Source: Podarcis filfolensis | Lineage: Eukaryota | NCBI GenBank assembly: GCA_964270895.1 | Contig: OZ185440.1 | DNA length: 64,000 nt | Reading direction: 5' to 3' (one strand) | Shown here: positions 20,701 to 32,300 of the stretch, in pieces | Numbering within the stretch: position 1 is the first letter of the stretch | Layout: every line of letters begins with the position of its first letter | Position numbers and translations under genes: made by a program | The notes under the pieces: generated by a model | Databases searched by the model: none | The model's input: only the letters and a program-made list of their open reading frames with translations | Told to the model about the DNA's origin: nothing

Positions 20701-23700
20701 GAGCATGGATCCCTAATATGGACACGTCACTAAATTTTCATAGGCAATGAAACTCAACCACAGTCACCAGAAATGCTACTGTGGGATAGCTATTCCCTTT
20801 TCCCCTTTAATCTTTTCTTTTCTTTTTTTTTTTTTTTTTTTTTTTTTGCAGCATCAGATATTTCACAAGAGTGTCATGCAACAATATTTTAGCTCTGCAT
20901 GCTCCCCATCATTTTTTATCTCTGCTTTGGACTCCAAAACAGCCTTCACGACTAGCAAATTTGGGTTGTGTGGCGCCAATGATGCGCACTCCAAGGAGGA
21001 GAACCCGCAAGTTAATGGCTTGATGCCATTTCTGTATGACACGTCTTAATTTTCTCAGCCTCCACATTATTTACTTGCCGTGCCTACAAGTTGTGGGTGC
21101 CTATCGTTATTTGCGGCAACGAGGGCAACTGTCCTCTTCCAAGAAGCAAAATTTTGTCTGTCCTTGAAAGCAGAGCAACTAAAACACTTAGCAAGCAAAT
21201 GCCGTTTGGGGAGCTAAAGTGCTAAGGCTATGCCATGTCTGTACGAAGCAAGGTCACCAAGCAAGCAGACGCTCACGCTGGGTCCTTACCTGGCAAAGGC
21301 TGTCCCAGCTCCGCCTGCACTTTACCCTTCGCTGCTCCTTCCAGAGGTAAAGAACCTCTGTCCCCTTTGTAGAGTTTCGGTTTAAATGGAGAATCTTTCT
21401 CTTTACCTTTTGATCCTTTCGGCCTGCCTGCTTGCTTCTTCTTGGATTTACCATCTCCTTTCACACCCAGAAGCGGATGGACTTCTGCAAAGGAAGAGGC
21501 AGGTTTGGAACAGGAAGTACATCTTTTCAGTTTACAGTGCATTTACTTGCCCTGTGTACTTTGCAGACCTCTGAAGGCTCATGCCATACCACAAGAAAGG
21601 GGACTTACGGCATTTTTCTCTTTTTTTAGAAATAAGAAAGGGAGAGCAGCGGTTCTGAATCATTTTAGGACAGTAGGATGAGCCGGAAGTTAGAATTAAG
21701 TTGAGTTTGCCAGCAGTTTGTTGTATAGAACCGAAGAATAAACTGGTCTACTCAGGTTAAGACAGCACCTGGTCCAGGTGCTTTAGAGGAAATGTATAAC
21801 ACCACAGGTTACTAAACAAGTACCTGAGCTAATTGACCATAATTTCCATTCAGTGGTCACAGATAGGAGGAATGCCTCCCCACTGAGGAGTGTAGCCAGA
21901 CAAAAAAAATCTAAGCACGTGAGGAAAGATTTAGTACTGTTAGCCCCAAGTGAGTAAGATAATGAGATATAAGAGGACAAGAAACATAGGGATCTTACTT
22001 GCTTAAATTAGGATTGCCATACGCCTGGATTTTCCTGGATATAGTGGCTGTTGGAAGCAGTGTCCAGGTGGAAATTGCGGAAATGTCCAGGAAGATCTGG
22101 ACGCATGGCAAACCCATGTTGGAAGTCTAGATTTTGCTGAATTCCCTTAAAAATAGTTCAACAACTTCATTCTTTTTCAAGATTTTGCAAAGCTCAACAA
22201 CTTAGGGCAAAACTCTAAGCAAACTCAACAACTTTTGTGTCCACTTCACTTTTTGAAATATGGCAACCCTAGCTTATCTAGCAGTTTAAGTGCCCTGTCA
22301 ATTGTAATGGCACAAGCTGAGAAAGGACTTATTTACCACTCACAGCCATTTTCGCTAAGTTCTAATATAATCTGAAGTTATGAAGATATTGGACAGCAGC
22401 AATGATAGCAATTCTCCCTCACCATCATTGGGTACTCCCTGCAGTTCTATGTTGGTTGTTTTAGGTTTCTTCTTTGGTGGCTGAGGTCCATCAGACAAAG
22501 ACTGCCTCTTCTTCTCAGAGCCTATTCCTTCATCAGGTAAGGCGGTCTGCACTGCATCTGGTGGAGGACCATAAGGGTTTTCCTCTGGGTCTTCCACTTC
22601 AGGAGCAATAGGCAAGTACAACAAAGCTTTGGAGTCTTCCAATTCTTCATCACTGCCAAGGAAATTGTATTTTTTCCCATTAAACACACAGAACTCATGC
22701 TACAGGATTGCAAAAACACACACAAGCACAATTTTGTTCAGAACAAGAGCTACACTGACCTCCAAAATTAGCCATTCAAACACACTCTACAGCAGGAATG
22801 GCTAACCCATGGCCCTTCAGATTTTGCTAACTATGACCCCCATTATCCCTGGCCATTGGCCGCACTAGATCCAGAACTTCTCCTACAGGTCATTTTGACT
22901 GGTGGGTGGGGCTGCTCACCTGTAAATCATATGGAGGTCAGGTGATTCAACTTCAAAGGTAGAATCTGAAATGTCCTCCACGTTCTTCCTTTGCAGCCTG
23001 GTTTGAATTCAAGCTGAGTTGTAAAGGAAGAACTGGGAGCACTTCTAAGCAGCTCTTCCTTTCCATATGCAATTGAGCCCTTTTTGAATTTGGCATCTTT
23101 TTCTGTCGCTGCAGGATGACAGAAAAAAGAGCCAAATTCAAGAAACACTGAACTCTACTAGAAGCTGTAAAGAAAGAACCAAGTTTAACTGTCGAGCGAC
23201 ATCAGGTGATGGTCAGGTGGCCATAATTTGAGCCAAACCACACAGCAGCCCAATGGGAAGGCCTGGGGAGCCTAAACAGGTTCATAGGGAGGCTCTGCCT
23301 TGCTCATGTGAAAAGATATGCATATTTACTCTGCACTCCTAACTGGCCTAGCCAGGGAGAGTCTTACTGAACACAGGGTGACTTTCTTCAGAGTAAGCCT
23401 GCACAGAACTGCACTGTTCATCTATTAAAACCCGTAACTAACTAAGATTTCTTTAATTAGTTGACAGTCCTAACGAACATATCTTTTTAGTGATCAGCAA
23501 ATATTTATTGTGTGCAGTCTTTCAACACCCTCGCCGCCGCCACATTCACCTGCTACAAAAAGCAGCAATGGGATCTACGCTGGTGACGTCCACTTCCTCA
23601 TCCTCCGCAGCATCAGCACCTGATAACCAAAGAAATTCTAAATCACAAGTTGGCAGCAACAGAGAGGTCTCATTGCCAAGTTTCATCTAAAGCCTAAATA

Positions 23701-26700
23701 AGCCTAAATAAGCACTATGTCACAAAATTAAACTCATGCTGTTCTGATGCGTAACTTCTTACAAAATAATTGGCAATGGAAAAAAATGGCAATGAGAAGT
23801 GAGCCTCTTTTCTTCTCCAGACTTTCTTAAAAAAATCCTGCTGTATACTTACCTTGTTTGGCACCACCACAAATCTGTGCTTTTATTGCCTTACATTCAA
23901 CCTTGTTTCCCTAGCAACAGATATGACATTTCATTACTGAAGCTTGTTTGCCTAGGTACATTGTTAAAACATAAATCTTGTAAAGGTGAAAATAAGTGGA
24001 ATGTGAGCCTTTGCACCGACTTCAGTAATCATGTCCCCTTTTTCCAAATACTAGGAAGTACCTGCTTAAATTCTGCAGGACTGTGGTTTGTGTCAGACCC
24101 GATTGCAGCTAAATCAGCTGTCAGTGAACAAGCCATTAAGCACCAGCGGTAGTTTTAAATGCCCACAGAACCTTGATCAGTAGGATAACAACTCTCTGAA
24201 GACATCAAACAGATGGCTACTAAAAGTCTGGAAGTAAAGAATCGGAACAAGGATTCTTGCTTGGCTGAAAAACGCAACAGATAACTAAGGAAGAACAGAA
24301 GACAAGAACCTTGGACTGCAAGAACCCACGAGTATAGGAAGTAAGGACTGAAGACAATATAAGAATCAGTAATGGAAGACACATCAGCACCACTGGAAAG
24401 GGAGCATAGATGCAAAGGCATTCTCTGGAAACAAAACTAAATGAAAGTTACCTAGTGAGTAGTTTGGGTACTGGAATAACTAACCTGGGATCCCAAAACA
24501 ACACAGAATAAGGAGTAGTAGCAGCAAAAACTAGTAACAGTTTGCTAACGCTTATACTAGATGGGCCATGAAATAGGTCTTGATATGTGGCCTATAGATT
24601 CAAAGGCTCAGACTGTGTTAAATCAGAAGAACTGTTAAATTTGTATCTCACACCTTGAATACAAAATGTTCCTGAGGTGGACAAGATACAAAAAATACTA
24701 ATACTGTATTGGCCTGAATACAAGCCACACCCGAATATAAGCCGCACCTTTAAAATTGGGGGGGAGGGGAAAGAAAAAAAGAAAAAATACCCGAATATAA
24801 GCTGCTCCCTTCCTTGCTGCTCCTGGCTGCATACTGGGGGGTGGGGGGAGCCATACTGCGTTGCCAGTGGCCTTTCCGCTTCATTGCTCTCTCCCTTTCC
24901 GGCTTTGGGTTAGAGGACGTGGGATTATGCGTGGGGCAGGTGCTGTTTTGCGACGCTCCTGGCGCTGTTTGCCCCATGCTCCTGGCTGCATACCGCAAGG
25001 TTGTGAATATAAGCCACATTTAAACTTTTCATGGTCGGAATTTGGGGGGGGAAGTGTGGCTTATATTACTGTATATCATCATACCCAGAAAGGGCATCAC
25101 TGATTATTATGTTTTTTACTCTGCCATTCACACACAGGGGATGATGTTTCAGAGAATAATACTGAGGTGCTTTTTGTACCTCAGTATTATCTTGTACCAT
25201 GATGTGCACCAAGAGGCGAAGATTGCTTGCAGCTCCAGTTCTGGGGGCAGAGGAATGGGGTAATCTGGGCTGATGCTACACAATAAGGATGCAAAGCTAT
25301 ACACAGTCCATATACTTTTACACTGGGCAATTTCAGTCAATGCATTCTTTACCTGTCTGCTCTGGCTCGCTCTTATCTTCATCTTCTATGTCAAACTCAG
25401 ACTCTCGCTCTTCATATTCTACATTTTCATCCAGTTCCTTAAAATCAGGTGCAAAGGCACTCCAGTTTTCCTAAGCCACAAATCCAAAGAACATTTTACG
25501 CTTGTGCCCTGGTACAGCAGCTATATAATCACACCCGAGCTATGCACCAAAGTGCCACAAACCATGTGCGACATCATAGGACCAGTCCTTCTTTGAGATA
25601 CAGAGTCACAAGGCCTACTAAACAAGAGGGCTAGTTACTTGTTTTACGTAACGTGAAATCAGGATCTCTTTCATCTCTTCCCATTTTTCTTCTCCCCTCA
25701 GTGAAAATCATTCTTGCAACCCTCTGGCTACAAACAGTTTTTTTTATCAGTTTTGAAATTATTTGATTCTCTCTGGTGAGTATTTTTAGAAAGATGTTGG
25801 TCCTGCAGTGTAAAAGCTTATGCAAATAATGGCAAAAAATAAAACCAGAATGACCAATGAAATAAGGGTCATCCAGGGAAATTAAAGTGTAGAAATGGAA
25901 GAAAATGCATCAGTACTACTTACCACTTGATTTTGAGCCCATATGGATACTACACCACTGGAAATAGAAGCGATGATAGGTCGGACAGGATGCCACTAGA
26001 TTATACCAGAAAGAGGGAAGAAAAGTGGTACATTTTTTAAAATACAGTCTGGCCCATTGCTGTGACAAGATGAATCCTGTTAGGAGGAGACAATGCAGTA
26101 CTTACTGCCACATCTAGCAACAGCTCTCCCCTTGTGCCATGGAGGATTTTCACTAAGTTCCCAATGCTCTTCTCCCAGATGTACAAAGCATGCTGACGTG
26201 CTGACCCTGCAACAATGTACTCCCCATCGCCAGAGAAACAGCATTTCTTCCAAGGCGTCCTGCAGAAAGAGCAATTAACAGGACCTTGTTCAAGTGCACA
26301 CTAGGGAGAAGCAAGGGTTCAAAAGAATTGCAATTGTTAAAAGATGATTATGCATAGCTGGAAGTGGGCTTCTCTGAAACTGCAAATAGTAAATTCTGCA
26401 ATGCAAGTTATACAAATCGGTCAAGTCAGGATACGTTCCCCCAAAATAACTTCTTTGATCTTAAGTCTCATGCAAACAAATCTAGAAGAAAATAAGAAAG
26501 CTTGAAAAACTATGTGAAGACTGCAGTTGCTTCACTTGCCTTGCTATTGGTTTGTTGCAGACTTTGGTGCTGTGTTCAGTCACTTTTATAAGCAACCAGA
26601 ACTGATGTGAACTTATAGAAATATATAATAATAGGACAGTAGCTGGTGCAGAGGAGTGACTTAAAAACTGTGAGAAGGACTTCGCTGGCAACTAAGCAAG

Positions 26701-29270
26701 GAACTGTCAATGACTCCCATCATTCCATCTGGCTGCTTCAAAGGGAGCATCGAAATGAGCCCCCACCAGCCTAGCAAAAACCAGTTCTATCTTCATTAGC
26801 AGCCAAACAACCTAGCTGCATCAGAGGGAAAGGTGAGATAGCAAAACACCCCAAAATGCCACATGCCCACCCTGTTGCCCCCACCCTCAGACGACTGGCC
26901 ATGACTATCTTAGTTTCCTCTTCCCAGACTATGAGTTTTCTGTTCTGCAGGGCATTTGAAGGCTTTAACTGTAGTGTGTCTTAGTGGTTTTAGATCTGCT
27001 AACCGATGCCTGTTTTAAGCTCCTGTGATCTGTGTTGCATTTTATTGTGTTGGCTTTTTGCATTTGGGTTTCATCCTGGGTTGGAAATTTAAGATTGACT
27101 GCAGGTTTTACAACATAATTGTTATGTTTTAAACCAACTTGTCTAGAAAACTTGTTTATGAAGTGTTTAACAACTAGAAGATATAATATCAATAATGAAG
27201 ATTTAAAACTTTTAACTGCCTTGAGTGCACTGGCAGAAAGATGTTTTATAAATGTAGTAAAGGCAGCAATTAATCCAAACACTGCCCTGTCTATGAATCT
27301 CAGGCTTCTCTTTACGCTACATGATGCTATGTTAGAGATTGTATTTTGAATTTAAGTAAAAAAAATACAGCCTATTTTTTGGATTACAGAAGATTCATTC
27401 CACCCCCACGCACCCATATTCAAAAGGTAATTGTGGACAGAGCTGCACAATGTAGAAAGGGGATCCTGCTTTACTGCAGAAGAAAGGGCTCTGAGAGCTA
27501 AGAAGCAGGCAATCTGGACCTAGTTCCTTTGGAACAACAGCACTCAAGGTCTTTAGGGGGTAGAATGCTTGTTTTTCAAGCTCTGAGAAATGAAGTTATA
27601 CCAGAGGACAAACTAGCAGTAGGGCCTTTGAATACTGAAAAGCACATGCCCTTGACTCAAGACAGTTAATTCCTACCTGTTCACCAAGTCCTGCAGCTTT
27701 TGCATTGGCTCTGGTTCTCCATCTCTACCACAAGTCAAGATTTCCCGACCATCATAGACTCTGATTATGCGATCAGCAGTATTTATTAGAAAGCAACTGT
27801 GGGAGGGGAAAGAGATACAAAATGCTGTAATGATACCATTCATTCCAAATATACTGCTGAGCCACTGTACTCCAGCAGGTTATATAAGAAATAGGATAAA
27901 CCCATAGACCAGGATCCTAGTATTATTATTAATACTTTGTTGAATTTATTTGTTACACTTCCACCCAAGCCTCTAGGTGATATAAATAAGAGTTAATTAA
28001 AAGCATCCAATATAGGAATATCACTATAAAATAATTAAAACTAAATCACCAGTCAGACTGAAAAGTAATGAAACTCTTACCCCTACAAGCACTGGCAAGT
28101 TAATCGAGTACAAACTAAGACCAAAGGTACAACCAAATACCTCCTTTAGGCCTTCCCAAGGACAATGTTATTTGAACAGCAGCTCTCCATGTATGAAAGT
28201 GTGAACAGAGTCAAAGTCTTCAACTCACCTTCCTTTTCGAGCAAACTCTATAGATTTAATAGCTGTAGTATTGCTGGTTCCTGTAGTTACTCTGAAGGAA
28301 GCAACAAGGTCCTGAGTGTCTGTCTTTAAGACCAAGATCTAACAACGTAAGTAAAAATAAATCAGGTAACTTTTACTGTGACCTTTTCACCACATACACT
28401 TCTTGTTTAGAGTTCATAAGGAAAGGCAATAAAAGTCTGCACAGGCATCAAAGTGTGCTATTAAAAGTCAGTCCTGTCAGTGATTTATGAGACAACTAAG
28501 CAAGGAACCATGTCTTCCTCTCTCATCAATAAAAAGGAGAGGTTAGTGGCAAGTTCAACACCAGCAACACCATCAATTTAAGACAGTGAAATCCAATGGA
28601 GCAGGTATGGAATTAGAGTAGACAATCTCTGTGCAGCAACTGCATGCAATTCATTCTCTAAAATGGGATCTGTCCAAAAGAAAAAGTCCCATGACGACAT
28701 TGTTCACTACATTAAATTCTGAAGGTTTCTTGGACACAGACGGGTGCGGGGTGGGAAATTTCAAAGCATTTGGGCTGTTTATTTAAATAGGAAATATTAT
28801 GAAGTTACACAGAGTTAGTATCTGATTCGGTTCACAGCAGATATGTCAGAGTGCGTAAGCTGAATTCTTTATTAAAAAATATAAGCTTTCATTAGAAATG
28901 TAAAGAAGCCAGCAACTGCATACACTGCTAGAACTGTTAGGGAAGAATGTCAATAATGTAGATCAAGCAATGATGATGTACAAAAGGGTGCCAATGGGTG
29001 TGTATCGGTGTGTGTGGAATCTTCTCACATCCATCAATGGGTTGAATGTGGCATACACAAACTATAGTCAAGGCCCTATGGTGCAGTTGTCTGTGATCCT
29101 CACATGTTAACAACCTTTCATTTCTGAATAAGAGAATTTTTTCTGCATAGTCTATTTTAGATAATGTGTACCCAGCTGCTTCATCAAAGCTGAAATAAAT
29201 TTTGCTTAGACTCATGATATTCCTGGAATATTCTGAGCTGAGAGAGAGAAACAGAGACAGAGACAGAGAC

Positions 29271-29313
<43 letters not shown>

Positions 29314-32300
29314 CCAAGACAGCAATAAAGGGAAGCACATTTCTTCTATTTACAACACTTCAAAGGCAAGTCATACAAATCAGACAACTGAACCCGCTAC
29401 CCACCAAATATTAGTTCAGTGAGTTCTCACCTTCCCTTTAGCATTCCCCGTGTAGATATATTCCCCTCGCCGGTCAAAAGAAGCCACCACATTCAGATCA
29501 GAATCATCATCCACTGGTAGGACAACATGTTTTGAATCAGACAGTGTTAGCATGACAGGTGCAGACTTCATTGGACATACCAACACCCTGTTTCTAAACA
29601 AATAGAAACCAACAAGAAACAAAAAAAGAATTTCTCAAATTTTCTATTTTCTTACCTGGTGTCACTTTTAGAACAGGGGGAAAAGGGGTAGGCTAAAAGG
29701 AGGTTTCTAAGGATGCAGGAACTTTGTGTATGCCTGAAAGCAGAGGCTTCAGAGCTAGAGATCAGCGAGGACAAGAAAAAAGAGAGAACACAGAGATGAA
29801 GGAGGTGGGATCGAGGCAAGGAAAGCCCTCCAGGCAAAAGGCTTAGGGATGCAGACAAGACACTGCAGATAGAAAGCAGAAGCTTGGCAGAGCCCTTTCT
29901 TGCATGAGGTGTCTGCATCTTTTTCTTTAGAATTATGGTGGTTTTCCACATATGCAAATTAATGCAGATTTAATCTATTACTTGGCTACTATTCTTCAAT
30001 CACATGGCAGTCATGCTTTAAAACAAGTAGCAGCATACTGAATTGGGCCATAAAGATGGCCACCCACTAGGATTAAGAGTCTCTGCATGTACAACTATCT
30101 GTGCAAAGACCCCCTCAATGCCAGATGTCAGGAGGTGGGCGTGGGAGGTGAGCAGTCAGTGGTCTCAGGCTGCACGGCAGGATCCCGGTAGCCCTCTTCA
30201 CGGGTTGGCTATATGCATGGAGGGGCCACTTCTGAGGACTGCTATTGAACTATCACCAGCATATTGATGACTTCCAGGAACAAAGCTTCAGATAATCTCT
30301 CATAGTGGAGGAATTCAGCACCACGCTGGGATGATGATCAGCACAAGCATTTCTGATTGCCAGACATAAGGACCCCTCCTCTCCTCCCCCTGCACACTGT
30401 TATGGGGGTTCTCCCAACTGCTCCCCCCTGAATTGATTTGAGGGCTGTGTTGTAGGAGGTAGGACCCATGTTGCGCTAGTGGGACTTGTTGCACGGGCTC
30501 CCGCTAGAGCAGCCATTTTGATGAATATGGCCCACAGTAAAGAACTGTGTTGAATAAGGCAAATGATGGAATATAATCTTGATTAGAGTACGGTAGGCAA
30601 GAAACCATTCAGTTTTCAAAGACTGCTCTAGGGAAAGGTCTTTGTTAGTATTACTTACTGATCGCGGGGGTGGTACTGGACTTTCAGGATCGGAGAAGGG
30701 AAACGAAACCTCTGGTCACAATCACCAGTCAGAACATCCCACTGAGATACCATATTATCAGTTGACGCACTCACCAATTTGTGGCCATCTCGACTCCAAC
30801 TGGAAGAGAAAGTTCAAGATCACAACTTTTGTTTTGTTGCTATCCCACATATATTATTTAAAATGGTCAGAGCTACTGGCTCATAATATGCTTTCAAATC
30901 AAAAGAGTGTTCTATCAAAGGAACATCCAAGTAAATGTATTTAAACTGGGGTGCCAGTATACAGAACTAATCAATTAGATTATTTGTTTTGGGGACTATT
31001 ATTTTAACCACACTGAAGTGAATAGTGCTCTATACTGCAACTCAAGCTAAATTTACTCAGATACCAATGCATTTATAGCAGAGCAGAATGGAGATTGTAA
31101 AATTTCTCGAAACAAAGCATTTGTAATAAAAAATACTTTATGGCTTTTGCACTAAAAAGCCTACAAAACCCAGAAACACTTAATACAGCAAAACACTGAG
31201 GGGGTTTTTTCCTACTGTATGTTATTAAAAAATCCAACAATGAGGTCCTGAAGTATCCAATAAAAAGTAACAAGCAAAATATTTCTATAATGATGAAGTT
31301 CAAATTCAAAAAGTTATCTGTGCTGGAAAAGGGAAGTTATTTATTTATTTAAAGCTTATATTCCGCAGTTTCCCAGCAGGTGGATGCAAAGCAGCCAGGA
31401 TCAAAAGAAAGGATAATTTAATGAGCTCAAAGGGATTTAGACTTGTTTTTCTTTGATAGCAGCATGCCATGTTGCAAGTTAAACTGATTTTGAAACTGAA
31501 GTGTGTTTCAAAAGTATCTGTGATACAGAGCTCATCAATTCAAAGAAAAGATCAAAAGATCCACTGGGCGAGCATAAGCCCCTTGCAAGAATCTAAGAGG
31601 CAATCAGATTCTCAAGTCTATAGCTGTGATCCAAAGATACTGAATGCATGTGGGGAGGGGGGCATGAATCATCTGTGTAGCTGGATCTTTCGTTGATTTT
31701 TTTCCCTGCAGCAGCTTTCACTATCAAAGAGATGACTTTAAAAACCAACTTTCCTTTTTAGCTCTTGGAGTGTAAACTTCATGCAGAGTTCAAGCTGTGT
31801 AAGTTTCAACTTGTGAAAATGATATACTGAAAACATGACATGCACACTGTGTTTTTTTACTTAAGCTGAGAGTATGCTATCAATCAAACATATTTAACTC
31901 ATATCGAGATAAATTTCTTACCATAAAGAACAGACCGGGTGGATATGAGCACTTATGATTTTTGCTATGCCTCTTGTCAAGAAGTCCCAAATGACAATCC
32001 GACCATCATTACAACCTACTGCTAAAAGTGTGCCCCACCTGTTAAAAGTACAAGTAAGGGCCATACTAATGCAGTCCAGTGTGCCATCAGCTTCCTGAAA
32101 ACAATGAAAGGTATAAAAATCAATGTCAACCAATTTCACTTCAAAGCTATATAGCCAGTACGCTTCACACCTTTGAAATGTCTCAGGCAAAGTAAGGCCA
32201 CTGCTATTTGAGACTGACCTAGACACTGAAGGGAAAGTATGCACAAGATTAAAAATCAGAAGTTGAAGGGATGCTGGTTTTCAGATAGACATGTTTTCCT

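Noticed and set aside
20811-20851. T25-GCAG looks like a perfect + strand acceptor, or a minus-strand A-tail
   Set aside because: No downstream exon, TSD or retro-element body found. It is more likely to cause internal oligo-dT priming artefacts.
21273-21289. Read-through of the RBBP5 exon 13 donor giving GKDPA*
   Set aside because: No canonical AATAAA seen nearby on the minus strand, so there is no support for an intronic terminal isoform
23853-23910. Strong AAG|GTAAGT donor in RBBP5 intron 10 suggesting a 58-nt exon
   Set aside because: The upstream acceptor is weak. An isolated donor match is expected by chance.
28937-29414. ORFs with SL and ER/DR repeats
   Set aside because: Translation of the (GA)n microsatellite
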